DNA of 64,000 nt from Mobula hypostoma (Eukaryota): positions 76,448,001-76,512,000 of the forward strand of contig NC_086097.1 in assembly GCF_963921235.1 (NCBI RefSeq), written 5' to 3'. Position numbers and translations under genes: made by a program. Below are positions 1-13,781 of the stretch, one piece after another; position 1 is the stretch's first letter, and each line of letters starts with the position of its first letter. The notes beneath the pieces were generated by a model. That model ran no database searches, was not told the origin of the DNA, and saw only the letters and a list, made by a program, of their open reading frames with translations.

Positions 1-1599
1 ACGTATGTCACAGTATCCAAGACATGTTTTTAATTGGTTACAGGAGGCTTGATATTAACCTGAAACTAGGATTCCTAATAGAGGGGAAAATGAAACAAAA
101 ACTTATGCTTTCATCTTGAACTCCTGTCTTCATGTCCTCCCTCGACCGAGGAATTTTAAGTCTTTTGTGGATACCTACCTTTAAATGCCCACCCCTACTT
201 AAGTGTAGACTGATAATGTGACACATTTCCCATTCAATCAGTCAGTAGGCTCCTTGCGCAGGTCCAGTCAAACAAGAGCTTAACAGAAACTAATAAATTC
301 AACCTTGCAATTGAAAAACACTTCAAAAGCACAAAGGTGCAAAACTCACAGCACACCATTCCTACTACCTTAAGCCATGACTGGGAGAACACTTACTAAT
401 GCTAATTTATGAGTAGGTTTGTCCTGTAAGCTCAAATATATTAGAAACAAGATTAAACAGAGACACAAGCGTCTGCAGATGAAACTGTTCCAATTAATTT
501 CAACTTGTACTCTTGCTGATGGCAAATACAAGGACTTCTAACACAGTTTCCCAAGTTGTTAATCAGATTCCACAACTTTGCATTTTGCGACGCACAATTT
601 ATAACTGCATGAAGAATCAGCTTCTCAGATTCAGAAAAAAATCAGTTTTATTAATAAGATTAAGTCACATCATGCTATTTTACCATTTCTGTCTCTCTCT
701 CTCCATTGGTATTGCCTGACCTAATGATCATTTTCAACATTTTCTGTTTTAGTATTGAACTACTCCAAGATGGTTTATCTACTTAGGAAGTTCATTGTGC
801 TTTAGAAACTAATTAGCATGGTTGCGTATGTCACTAATCCAATAAATCTTTAATGGTACAAGTGAAAAAAGCTGTGAAAAATGCTGCAAGTACCAAGGAA
901 CTGAATGAAGTGTGGCACAAACGTCACAACCTTTTTCCACCTGAAACTCTCTTTCCTTGACAGAACTCATAATAGGTGGCCTGTACTGGGATTCCTATCT
1001 TGAACATGAGAATATCATGGCTTGTCCAAAGTAGCCAACTGACGAAGCTGGTTTTCATTTTTCTGCAGCGAATTGAGAGAATTTTGCAGAGACAGAACTG
1101 GTGGTATTCTTACAGAGCCTTGATGTGTCTGCTATATGCACCTCAGAATGCATTTCACTTTCAGTACATAGCCAACTTTTTCCACAATTCTAATAATGCA
1201 GACAAAAGGAATACTTTGCCAGTGTTTTTGAATATTTAAATGTTTCAATCATCTTTTAGACTTGTTGTCCGTTATTCACTTACCCTGCAGTTTAAGAAAA
1301 TTGACTAATACTTTCCATGTCAAAGGTAACTTAGTATCTGGCAAGTATAAATTCAGAAGGGAATTAAAATTTCTTATTTTGGGAAATCTTCACTTCTTTA
1401 CATTTAAAATTTCTCTTTTTATTTTGAGCCTTAATTCTAAAATCAGTGAATTGCATATTGTCATTGTGGAATATTACCTGGCTAGATTTCTTCATAGTAC
1501 AGCAGCTACATACTAAGATCTATTGAGTAAGGATACACAGTCTTAAAAATGCAATTTCTCTGTAAATGAAAGCAGTGGTCCACATATGAAAAGCTGAAA

Positions 1600-2050
1600 G
1601 AAGCAGCAGAAGGTTGTAAATATAGTCAGCTGCACCTTAGCCAACAAAGTACCCAGGACATCTTTCGGGAGCAGTGTCTCAGAAAGGCAGCGTCCATTAT
1701 TAAGGACCTTCAGCACCCAGGGCATGCCCTTTTCTCACTGTTACCATCAGGTAGGAGATACAGAAGCCTGAAGGCACACACTCAGCGATTCAGGAACAGC
1801 TTCTTCCCCTCTGCCATCCGATTCCTAAATGGACATTGAAGCTTCAGACACTATCTCACTTTTTTAATATGCAGTATTTCTGTTTTTGCACATTTTTTAA
1901 TAATATATTCAATATACATTATTTATTTATTTATGTTTTATTTTATTTATTTTTTTTATCTCCCTCTCTGCTAGATTATGTATTGCATTGAACTGCTGCT
2001 GCTATTTCACGTCACATGCCGGTGATAATAAACCTGATTCTGATTCTGAT
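1600..2050 (+). mobile_element. Rex1/Babar-like LINE 3' fragment
   Basis: Encodes HPGHALFSLLPSGRRYRSLKAHTQRFRNSFFPSAIRFLN. AT-rich 3' UTR ending aataaa(CTGATT)n. Confidence 0.7.
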
Positions 2051-2984
2051 CTTCCTTTTTTATTCAATGTTAAAAAGGTTCGTGCAATGAATACGCTTCA
2101 ATATGTTCAAGTAATGGAACTGATCATATAATTGCCTAATCATATGATCAAGCCTCAGGTATACTGCCAAACTTTGATTTATTTGTATATTTGAAAGATG
2201 CAGATACGTGAAAATTGCTTTTCCTCTTATGTTCAGGCCCAAAACAAGAGTCAGGTTACTAACTAGTAGCAGAAGCCAAGATGCAAGACACAGTCAAATT
2301 TGGGTCCTATTATGAACTCAGCAGATCATTTACTGGAGTTAACTTACTTGGGCTGAGATTATACAGTATCTTAAGATGACTGTGGATCTATACCAACCAA
2401 CCTCCCACTACTTCTGCCTTGTAATAAACAATTCCAAATTATTGCTGGGAACATTTTTTTCATTTAAATGGCCAATTGTACAACACAATTTTTTTTAACA
2501 AAAATACTCAACCATACAGATATTTTCTTGGCATCAGACAATAACTGAAAAATACTTTAATATGATTTGGCAAGTATTGATCCATCATAGCACTTTGCAT
2601 TTTTGGCTAGCTGTATGCTTGACCTTGTCTGCCTGGAGTTCTTGGAAAATGCAACATGTTATGCTAATTAATGGGTGAATTAACTTTAGCCAAATAGGAC
2701 AACCGCAAACTTGTTTCTGAGTTGTCTCAGAGCCATACAAGCATTTGATTGGAGACAAATAACTTTTCCTCTGAAAAAGTAATTTCCTTTAAAGGATGCT
2801 AAAATGTGTTTAAATGAATAATGCAATTGAAGAGGCACAAGCTTTATCACAAGTTGAGAGTTCTCCTGTAGGATAATATGAATTTCAATTACTTTAGTTC
2901 TGTACATGAACAGAAGGTAGTCATTTACAATGACATAATAACTCAGGCAAAATTTTAACAATTCTTGATATATATATTTATTAT

Positions 2985-3245
2985 TTTTTAAAATTTATTG
3001 AGATACAGCACAGAGCAGGCCCTTGGAGCTGTGCCACCCAGCCTCCTCTGATTTAACCCTAGCCTGATCATGGGACAATTTACAATGACTAATTAACCTA
3101 CCAACTGGTATGTTTTTGGACTGTGAAAGGAAGCCAGAGCACCCGGAGGAAACCCACGTGGTCATAGGAAGAACATACAAATTCCTTACAGACAGTGGCA
3201 GGAAATGAACCCAGGGTGCTGGTCCTGTAAACCACTGTGCTAGCA
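2985..3245 (-). mobile_element. tRNA-derived SINE (HE1/V-SINE-like)
   Basis: Minus strand reads tRNA-like head (agcacagtggt..gggttcatttcc), then core tgggtttcctccgggtgctctggcttcc, then aataaa tail. Confidence 0.65.
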
Positions 3246-3589
3246 TGCTTCCCAGAATAGACAGCACCTTTCAAAAACCTGCTTGCTCCCCATTTATCTA
3301 ACCTGCTGACGTGGGACAGAAACTTAATAGGCTGAAACTGTTCTACCTTGTGATGTGCCCTCCTTAATCATTTCAAGCAGCAAATGAGCACATCCTTCCT
3401 CCATAGTTTAACCCCAAACTCAGATGAAGAAAATATTAAAGGTGTTTAACTATTTTGAAAGTAAATGTATTGCTAGGCCTAGATAAAATGTATGCCAGAG
3501 AAGCAAGAGCTGAAATAATGGAAAATGTTGATGAAAATTTTTCTCGTCTTTCTGGCTTCAGGTATGGTGCTGAAGAACTTGGAGAATGC

Positions 3590-3975
3590 TTCCATTGTAG
3601 TAATATTAAAATAAGAATGGATAATCTAGTAATACCAGATTAGAGAGGCTTATCTAAGAGTTGGAAAAACAGAAAGGAAACATATGTGAGGTGTAGCATA
3701 AATTATTACATTGAGATTAATCAAGGACAGTCAGGATAGATTTGTGAAACAAGCCATTTCATCAACTTGGTTGAATTTTTGAGGTGATAAGAAGACTCAA
3801 TATCGGCAGATGATTTGATGTGATCTATATCAATAATGGGCAACTTTTAGACAATGCTGCAGACAGCTGACTAGTCAGAAAAGTGAAAGTCTATGGGATC
3901 AAACGAAAGAGGGCAACATGAATGCAAAAGTTATTAGTGGCAGGAAGGAAAACAATGTTCAAGAGGCATTTTGGG
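3590..3975 (+). mobile_element. Old CR1 LINE RT fragment
   Basis: Degenerate match to the SQHGFVK / NLIEFFEEVT / VDVIY segment seen in the younger CR1 copies. Confidence 0.5.
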
Positions 3976-4189
3976 TTGAATTAATCTGACTTAAATGTGC
4001 ACGAAATGTAATATGACGCATTTTATATATGAAACAAGAAGGAAAAACTGAATTCCCAGTATATACCTCTTCTTAAAACAAAATAATGAAGCTTAAAGTT
4101 CAATGTAAGAGCATTGCTGAGACCTCCACTTTGATTAAACTCTCTACCATCACAATCTCCCAACACCTTCACCTTCCCTGAAGGACCTC

Positions 4190-4755
4190 AGAGCAAGATT
4201 GTTTTATCAGAGGGACAATCACAAGGAAAGTGCACCTGCTTCTTTACTTTCTTGGGAGGTTAAAAGGTTCAGCTTATCATAGAACACTAACAAACTTCTT
4301 CAGATGTACCACTGAAAGTTTCTTGACTAGTTGCATCATGGTCTGGTATGGCAATTCGAAAGCAAGGGGACAAAAGAAGCTGCAGTGTGCAGTGGACTCT
4401 GCCCAACACATCACAGGCATATCCCTAACGACCACTGATAGTGACCACAGGAAGCTCTGCATCAAGAAGGCAAGATCTATTATCAAAGATCTCTTCAAAC
4501 ACTCAGTTCTTAATCCAACCAGCAAAACTATAATAACTACAGTTTAGCAACAGTATGAGTACTTTGATATGAAAGTGAACTTTGTTTTTTTTGTACTAAT
4601 TAGTTTCTTGTAGATTTGTACATAGTTTAAGTTTAATTTATGCTGTTCTTGTGAATGCTGCTAATATGGTGCTGTATGCCTGTGATGGTCCTGAAAGTTT
4701 TTGATTGTACCTGTACCTATACATATAACAGTAAACCTTGACTTTTGACTTTGAG
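4190..4755 (+). mobile_element. Rex1/Babar-like LINE 3' fragment
   Basis: ORF 4230-4547 contains LTNFFRCTTESFLTSCIMVWYGN..KKLQ. Tail (CTTGA)n. Confidence 0.6.
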
Positions 4756-5329
4756 GAGAAGCACTACAGACATCTTTCCTTGCCAGCAATACATTCCACT
4801 GATCTCACCAGAGGGAAGGAGACAGTCTGATCTACAATGTGAAATCTAAACTAGTCAAACCAAGTGAACTATATTACAGATAGATTGGCTGCATTCCTAT
4901 CATTTAGTGCTGTTTCCTGGGTTCAGGCACTTCCAAAGCTGGATTGAGGACAATGCTTTACTTTCACTAATATGAGACTGTTTTGACTTCTCCACTTCAA
5001 ACTTAACTAAATGAGATACAATTGTTGGAGAACTTCAGAAACCAGATGATATTTTTTATCTATTGGACAGCACTAATAAAAAGTATGACAAACGATACTC
5101 AACAGATAAACTAGATCATTATTCATATCAACCTGTAATATTAATTTAGCTATTCTCTCCTCATAGCCCCTGCCTGATTTTTTGTTCATTCTGAGTATTC
5201 TCCCCTTGGTTTCAGGTTCCCATAACACCTCTGACCTGAATTTTACATCCCCTCTCTTTAACTTCCTTCATTAATCTATTTACCGGATGGCCCACTAAGA
5301 ATTGAAATCACCAGAGCAACACTAGTCTC

Positions 5330-5540
5330 ACCCAATTTGAGATATTCTTTGTCTTATCATTTCTTCCCCACCCTCTCTGCAATTAAAAACCTGCTCATTT
5401 TCTTGATTTTCCAGTTCTGATGAAGAGTCTTCAACCAAACGCATGCACTGTTTCCCTATCCAAAGATTCTGCCTCAGTTCCCACATGTTCCAGCATTCTG
5501 TTTTTATTTCAGATTTCCACAATCTGCATGCTTTTTTTGT
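5330..5540 (+). mobile_element. Degenerate Penelope-like terminal remnant with decayed hammerhead core
   Basis: ccagttCTGATGAagagtc.. followed by ccagcattctgtttt..ttccacaatctgca, similar to the termini of the younger copies. Confidence 0.45.
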
Positions 5541-5669
5541 TTTCAGAGTATTATTATTCTGAACTGATCTCATTAAAGCTTTCTTATTTCATGAAAATGT
5601 ATTTAACAAACATATAAATTTCCTTTTCCTGATACACAGCTTAAAATTAATACATTAATAATTAAAATA

Positions 5670-8600
5670 GAGTTCTTCAAAGTTTCCTTAATCAATACAT
5701 GGAGGTCCCAACTAAAGAGGGTGTGATACCAGATCTCCTGTTAGGGAATGAGATAGGGCAGGTGACAAAAGTTTGTCGGGGAACACTTTGCATCTAGAGA
5801 TCATGATGCCATTAGTTTCAAGATAATTATGGAAAAGGACAGGTCTGGTCCTCAGGTTGAAATTCTAAGTTTGAGAAATGCCAATTTTGATGATGGAAAA
5901 AAAAAAGAATCTGTAAAGTGTAGATTGCCCCATCCTCCCACTACCCTACCAGGGGTAGGGTTCTTCTTATCCTCACCTACCACCCCAGCAGCCTCCATGT
6001 CCATGACATAGTTCTCTGGAACTTCTGCCATCTCCAACGGGATCCCACCACCAAGCACATCTTTCCCTCCCTCCCTCCCCAACTTTCTGCTGTCCACAGG
6101 GATTACTCCTAATGTGACTCCCTTGTCCATTCAGCCCTCCCTACTGATCTCCCTCCTGGCACTTATCCTTGCAAGCGGAACAAGTGCTATGCCTGCCCCT
6201 TCACCTCCTCCCTCACTACCAGTCAGGGCCCTAAACAGTCCTTCCAGGTGAAGCAACACTTCACTTGTGTCCGGTGCTCCCAGTGTGGCCTCCTGTATAT
6301 CAGTGAGGCCAGGTGTAGATTCCCTCTGTCACCTTATCTCTTTGACTGCCCATTGCCTCCCTCTGGTGCTCCTTCCCCCCTTTTCTATCTTCCATGGCCT
6401 TCTGTTCTCTCATATTGGACTCCCCCTTCTCCAGCCCTGCGTCTCTTTCACCAATCAGCCTCCCAGCTCTTTACATCATCCCTCCCCCTCCCAGTTTCAC
6501 CCATCACCTTGTATTTTTCTCTCCCCTCCTCCACCTTTTAAATCTACTCCTCATCTTTTTTCTCCAGTCCTGCCGAAGGGGCTTGGCCCAAAATGTCAAC
6601 TGTACCTTTTTTTCCGTAAATGCTGCCTGACCTGCCGAGTTCCTCCAGCATTTTGTGTGTGTAAGTGCAGACTGGGCCAAGCTGTTTTTTGGCAAAGGTG
6701 TTCTTGGTAAGTGGGAGGCCTTCAAAAGTAAAATTTTGAGAGACTGGAGTGTGTATATTCCTGTCAGAATAAAAGGCAAGGACAACAAATTTAGGGAACT
6801 TTGGTCTTCAAGAGATTTTGAGGCCTGGTTAAGAAGAAGGTGGTGCATAGCAGGTAATGGCAGGAAGGAACAAAGGAGGTATTTGAGGAGTATAAGAAAT
6901 GTAAGAGAACACTTAAGAAAGAAATCAAGAGGGCTAGAAAGCATGGGATTGCTCTAGCAGATAAGGTGAAGGAGAATCCCAAAGGCTCCAAAAGACTTTA
7001 AGAGCAAAAGGGCTGCAAGGGACAAAATTAGTCCTCTGCAAGATCTATGTGTGGAGATGAAACAGATGGGGGAGACCTTAAATAGATTTTTTGCCACTGT
7101 ATTTCCTTGGGAGATAAATACAGAATCTATAGAAGAAAGGAAAAGCAGCAGCGAGGTCATGGACTGTATATGGATTATGGAGGAGGGAGTGTTTGCTGTC
7201 TTGAGGCAAATTGGGGTGGATACTGCAGGTCCCCAGAACCTGACAAGGTGTTCCCCAAGACCCTACAGGAGGTTAGTGCAGAAATTGCAGGGTCCCTAGC
7301 AGAGATATTTAAAATGTTACTAGTCATGAGTGAGGTGCCAGTTGATTGGAGGATAACTAATTTTGTTCCATTAGGAAAGGCTCTAAGAATAATCGGGGAA
7401 ATTATAGGCTGGTAATCCTAACATCAGTAGTGGGGAAGTAATTGAAAGGTATTCTAAGGGACCAGATATGTAAGTATTTGGATAGACAGAGACTGATTAG
7501 GGAAAGTCAAACACACGGCTTTGTGCATGGTAGGTTGTATCTAACCAATCTTATAGAGTTTTTTGAGGAAGTTACCAGGAAACTTGATGAAGACAAGGCA
7601 GCGGAAATTGTCTACATGGACATTAGCAAGGCCTTTGACAAAGTACCACATAGAAGGTTGGTCAAGAAGGATCAGTTGCTTGGCATTCAAGATGAGGTAG
7701 CAATTCAGATTAGACACTGACTTCATGGGAGAAGTCAGATAGAGCAGGCAGATAGTTGCCTCCTTGACTGGAGGCCTGTGATGAGTGGTGCGCCACAGGG
7801 ATCAGTGCTGGGTCCATTGTTGTTTGTTATCTATATCAACGATTTGAAGGATAATATAGTGAACTGAATCAGCAAATTTGTGGATGACACCAAGACTAGG
7901 GTGTTGTGAGAAAGACTATCAAAGCAGGCAGCAGGATCTGGATCAGCTGGAAAAATTGACAGAATAATGGCAGATGGAATTTAAAGCAGACAAGTGTGAA
8001 GTGATATTTTGGGAGAACAAACCAGACTAGGACTTACACAGTGAATGGTAGGGCACTGAGGAGTGGAATAGAACAGAGGGAAATGGGAATACAAATCCAT
8101 AAGTCCTCGAAATTGGTGTCACTGGCAAACAAAGTCATAAAGAAAGCTTTTGGCACATTGGCCTTCATAAATCGAAGTATTGAGTACAGGAGTTGGGATG
8201 TTAGGTTGAAGTTGTATAAGACATTGGTGAGGGCTAATCTGGAGTATTGTATACAGTTTTGGTCACCTACCTACAGGAAAGATGTCAATAAGACTGAAAG
8301 AGTGCAGAGAGAAGTGCAAGAATGTTGCTGAGACTTGAGAATTTGAGTTATAAGGAAAGATTCAATAGGTTAGGACTTCATTCCAAAGAGCACAGGAGAA
8401 TGGGGGAAGATTTGATAGAGGTATATGAAAAGATGAGGTGTATAGATAGGGTAAGCGAAAACAGTCTTTTGCCACTGAGGTTGGGTGAACCAGAACTAGA
8501 AGTCCTGGGTTAAGGATAAAAGGTGAAATGTTTAAGGGTAACATGAGGGAGAACATCTTCATTCAGACGGTGGTGAGTGTGGAATGATTTGCCAGTGGAA

Positions 8601-8670
8601 GTTGTAGATGTAGGTTCTATTTCAACATTTAAGAGAAATTTGGATAGGTACATGGATGGGAAGGGCATGT
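5670..8670 (+). mobile_element. CR1 LINE ORF2 (decayed), interrupted by a Penelope-like insertion
   Basis: Fragmented ORFs with [24 protein letters not shown] and LEYCIQFWSP motifs. Confidence 0.9.
5928..6660 (+). mobile_element. Internally deleted Penelope-like element nested in CR1
   Basis: CKRNKCYAC linker, GIY-YIG remnant and pyrimidine-rich tail. Degenerate hammerhead at about 6565-6602. Imperfect TSD gtaaagtgtagattg (5913-5927) / gtaagtgcagactg (6661-6674). Confidence 0.85.
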
Positions 8671-10499
8671 GTTCTATGACACTATAATTAAATTTAATTA
8701 TACTTCCTTTTGTACACCCTCACAAGGAGACCATTTGGGCCAAAGAGTCTCTGCCAGCTCTCCCATGAATGCCATTCTCTCACTAATTTTCCCTATGCTC
8801 TATTCAATCTCACAATCCTCCTGATCCCTTTCCCGCACCCCCACCCCCATCCTCAATGATTCTCCAACCACTTTGCAAGGATTAGGGGTAATTTGCAATA
8901 GTCAGTTCACCTATCTTCTACATAAAACTGGATCAACAAGGAGAAAGCTAAAGGGCCACAGGGATAATGTGAAAGTTCCAAAACACACAACACTAAGGGA
9001 CAGAATCAGATCTGGGTACCTGGAGCTGTGAAGCAGCAACACTACCTGATAAGACACTGGATCAAACATCAACCTGTTAAAGCAGCAGAAATTCAGTACG
9101 GTGAATGCTCACTGCATTAAATACATTAATAGTAGCAGACAGGAAATATAATAACCAATGACAACAGAAAATATAGTTCTCCATCTTTGTCTAACACATT
9201 ATACTGTTAATTGTTTCTCAGATTCTGCATAGGAGAATTTGTTTTTGGTGAAATAGAGCCAAGCATGTGGCCACATTTTAGATGCCCACTAGCAGCTTGT
9301 CAATGTGGCTGTGTTGAGTAAGATTGATTTCTATAAATGAGATAGATTGAATCTGAATTAAGCTACAAATAACATTAATCTTTACATTTCAAAACTTAAG
9401 TGAACAAATGCCAATCCTCACAAGTGAGAATTGACAGACATGTTTTAGGGCTGTTATATACCAAAGTGTTTGAAATAGTTTCTTTAATATCTACGCAAAA
9501 CAATCCCACTATCACCTCACCCAGTATAAAGAAGCTTCAGCTTTTTTGCATTATACTCAATGAATACATTTGGTTCGGCACTCACTACTTTTCTAGTCTC
9601 TCTATTGTCAAATTGTAACACAATACAGTATGTGCCCCTTTCTTGCATCTTAACCTATGGTAATTAGAGACCGAGGGATCTGAAATCAGAGTAAAGAGGA
9701 AAGGCAACAGATTGCCTCCTTAACCAGACTGAATTCTCCTCACTTAGCCATGCAAGACGTTGAAAGTGGGGCTGCATAGTTGCATAGCTGTGCCTTGACT
9801 GAAACACGTAAATTGCTAAGGGATCTTTCTAGCGTTAATGTGGAGAGAATGACTTGTGAAAGCATGTAGAATTTGGGGCCAATATTTAGAAGGGGATCAA
9901 TTCTTTTAGCCTCTAGGTGGTATGAATCTTTGAATGTTCTTCCTCAATAAAAGGTGTCCTTGAATATTCCTAAGCCAAAAACAGATTGGTTGATTAGTTC
10001 TTGATAAGCAAATAGGGACAGTGGGGTGGGGGGAGATTACCAGGCATAGGAAGAATTGAGGTTATAACCAGATCAGTTATTGTCTTATGGTATAGCAGAG
10101 CAGACAAGAGGAACCGCTCCTGCAAATTCACATGTTCATCCTTTCACTCATTCAAGGAAAACGGAACACACAACACAGCAGTAAACTGGAAGTGAGCATA
10201 CACCTAATTACTACCACATAAATATAGAAGAGAGCATACTAGAGGTAAAGTGGATTTTGAGGAACCTGGCCATTAAGTGTGGCGGAGAAAGTGACTTTGC
10301 GAAAGCTACTTGGTGATACAAATAAATACCAGAGACTGAAGTTCAATAACTACTGATAAATTATGGCAAATTCAACATCCTTATCTCAATGGCACCTATT
10401 CATATTTTAAAAGATTTAACATGGCCAGCACGGTTGCGCTGCAGTGACTAGATGTCACAGGATTTGAATCCTCTTGAGGAAGTAGTGTAGACAACCACA

Positions 10500-11845
10500 G
10501 GCACACCAAGCACCAGTCCAAGTACTCCCAGCTCAGTCAACTCTGAGGCTGACGTATGCAGACGTTTCCAACAAGTGGACAGTTGCAAGGCTGCAGGACT
10601 GGACGGCATATCAGGGCAAGTACTCAGGATGTGTGTAGCACAACTGGCAGGTGTGTTTACTGACATTTTTAATCTCTCCCTCTCCCAGTGTAGAGTGCCC
10701 TCCTGCTTCGAATTATCCAGCATTGTCACTCTACCTAAAAATACCAAGGTAACATGCCTGAGTGACTGGTGTCCTGTCGCACTCACCTCAATAATAAGCA
10801 AATGCTTTGAGAGGCTGGTCAAGTATTACATCTGCAGCAACCCACCATCCAAACTGGACCCCCTACAATTCGCCCACCGACACAATAGATCGACAGACGA
10901 TGCAAAAGCCACTGCTCTACATACCGTCCTTACAGATCTGGAGAAGAAGGATGCTTATGTGAGAATGCTGTTCTTGGACTACAGTTCAGAATTCAACATC
11001 ATAGTTCCATCCAGGCTCGACAAGAAGCTCAGAGACATTGGCCTTGACCCTGCCTTGCGCAGCTGGATCCTGGACTTCCTGTCAGATCACCGGCAGTTGG
11101 TAAGAGTGGGTTCCCTCAACTCCACTCCTCTGACTCTCGATACAGGAGCCCCTCAGTGCTGTGTACTAAGCCCCCTTCTTTACTCCCTGTATACCTATGA
11201 CTATGTCACCTTCCACAGCTCTAATTTGCTAATTAAATTTACCGACAACACTACATCACTGAGGACCTCGCGTGGTCTGTACATACCAGCTATGTGGTGA
11301 AAAAGGCACAACAGCGCCTCTTTCACCTCAGACGACTGAGGAAATTTGGTATGGGCCCCCCAAGTCCTAAGAACTTTCTACAGGGGCACAATTGAGAGCA
11401 TCCTGACTGGCTGCATCACTGCCTGGTATGGGAACTGTACTTCCCTTAATCGCAAGACTTTGCAGAGAGTGGTGTGGACAGCCCAGAGCATCTGTAGTTG
11501 GTTGTGAACTTCCCATGATTCAGGACATTTACAAAGACAGGTGTATAAAAAGGGTATGTAGGATCATTGGGGACCCGAGTCACCCCAACAACAATCTATT
11601 CCAGCTGCTACCATCCCGGAAACTGTACCGCAGCATAAAAGCCAGGACCAACTGGCTCCGGGACAGCTTCTTCCACCAGGCCATCAGACTGATTAACTCA
11701 CGCTGACTTGAGTGTATTCTATGTCACATTGACAGTCCTATTTATTATAAATTACTATGATGGCACATTGCACATTTAGATGGAGATGTAACAAAGAATT
11801 TTACTCCTCATGTATGTGTAGGATGTGAGAAATAAATTCAATTAA
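10500..11845 (+). mobile_element. Rex1/Babar-like LINE, 5'-truncated RT with internal deletion
   Basis: ORF 10575-11300 has PVALTSIISKCFERLV, LDPLQFAHR, LFLDYSSEFN and IKFTDNT. It jumps by deletion to ITEDLAWS, then C-terminal LRDSFFHQAIRLIN and an aataaa tail. Confidence 0.85.
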
Positions 11846-13719
11846 AAAAAAATAAAACAAGAGCAGATGGTGGTGGTAATGTCAGTGTCGGACAGCCAGT
11901 GTCAACATTGCTTCTGTGAACACAGATACAGTATGACAAGGCTATCAATAAAAAAAGAGAAGTTGATGAACAGCAAAAAAGATGCAGAGCATTGCCAACC
12001 CTTCTGAACACACTGAGCACAAAGTCTTGGCCCTGATCTCAAGTGGGATGATGATGAGCAGTTGGATGATGCCTTCCTTCTCAGAAACAACTAATGTTGC
12101 TTTCACCCACAATTGGCATCACTTTCACAAAATATAACCATGGGCACACAGACTTTTCTGACAACTGCATGCTTCAATGAGATAACAGGTATGTGTCTCA
12201 CAACGGTGCAGCAGACAACGTGTCAAAATTCTTTCCGACAAAGTGGTGAACCAAGTGAGAGATAATGGTGAAAGACATAGAAACAAGAACTGCACATGCT
12301 GTGCAGACCGGAAGAATCTAATCTGACAGGCATCTTAATAACACAGAGTACTGATGTACTTCAATGTCTCAGTGAATTTGGCCTCTTACAACATTCATTA
12401 TTATTGCATCTACAACTTTAGAACTTGTTAAGCACTTACAGATCAAAAACATGTCTCCAAACATTGGCTGTCAGTATCAGAAGCTAGAATTTTTTAAAAG
12501 AACTAATTGTACCTTCAATTATCACTCATAACATGTTTTTGAACTCAGCCTAGGTTAATATAGTCCAGATGCACAGCAAAAAGTATGCTATTGCTAAAAT
12601 TATTAAGGTGCCATAAAAATTGTTGCAAGACATAAATGGTTATGTGGGCAGACTTCAAAATATATACAAAGGGTAGTTAATTGAAATCCTGACAGTATTG
12701 TAAGTTAATGTGGTGACAAGATAATGTTCAGGCACAGTTGCACTGATCAACTGATTGCTAATTGGCAGTGCTAAGACATAAATCCCCCACACATACTTGT
12801 AAAGCACGCATGGGAGACTAAATCAGTTTTCACCTCAAGCAGTTTAATATATTTCATAACTGATTACAATTAACTATTGAAATATTTTGGTAATTTTTAC
12901 TTCAAAATAATAGATGATTATTTTCAATGGATTGAAGGCTCAAGGTATCTTTTTTCTGTTAAATTTATTCGAAACCTCCTCCTTTAAAACACATCCAACA
13001 CATTTTTAAAATAGAGAGTTCTAATCTCATACTAAAAATAAAGTTAGCTGTTTCATTAATTCAATTTTCCTTTTTGCATAGGTAGGTTTGTCATTTTATG
13101 ACAACCAATTTAAATACCAAATAAAGTGGAATAGTATTTCTAAGGGAACTGAATGAACATTGACCGGTTCAACTTATCGCCAATATTTTTATAAGGTTTT
13201 AATTTGTCCTCTTTTGGAACCACAGAATTACAAATAGATTATTAAACAACTATGAGTTTTCTTAAGAGAATATCAAATTCATTATAAATTTTCTATGTTT
13301 CTTCAATATTGATACTTCTGCTGTTAATGGATTAATACAATTAGTTATTTGAAAAAAATCCAAATCATTCAGCATGAGCACTTAAAATCTGCTGCACTTG
13401 TGAAGTCCAAAGTAATTCTTTTAAAGCATGAAGGACTGACAACTGTGTATTTTATACATATACATTTTAGTGCCAGAGTAGGCTGTTTATTTCAAACAAT
13501 ACATACTGCTAAGTATTTAGTAGAGTAAAACATTGCTATCAGTTGATCAGTTAATATTCTGTCCAAATCTCCTTTCTACAAACATCACAGTAGGTAAATT
13601 CAGATTTAGTTGGCCAGACCACTATTACCTGCTGTGCCCGCTCTCAATTAGCTCCTTTAAGTGGCTACGTGTCAGAAAATACATCTTAGTCTCATTCAGA
13701 AGTAATTAGAAATTCTTAC

Positions 13720-13781
13720 CTGTAATTTTTCTATTTCGTTCTTACACTCTCGCTTCAAATATAAAATAGCAGCATGATATT
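13720..13781 (-). CDS. FMN1: Formin-1 internal exon, 62 nt (EYHAAILYLKRECKNEIEKLQ)
   Basis: Acceptor ttttacttgtattcacag| and donor CAG|gtaaga. The phase-1 start completes a GAA codon with the previous exon. Matches recalled formin-1 EYQAAILHLKREHKEEIENLQ. Confidence 0.95.

Noticed and set aside
110..200. Minus-strand stretch resembling a tRNA-Leu(TAA) (GACTTAAAATTCCTCGG..GTTCAAG) with a CCTCG/CGAGG hairpin
   Set aside because: No acceptor stem or proper T-arm pairing can be built. Probably chance, and tRNAscan-SE would settle it.
1..13700. Next FMN1 exon (coiled coil plus FH1)
   Set aside because: No matching ORF or polyproline-coding stretch found. It presumably lies beyond the left edge.
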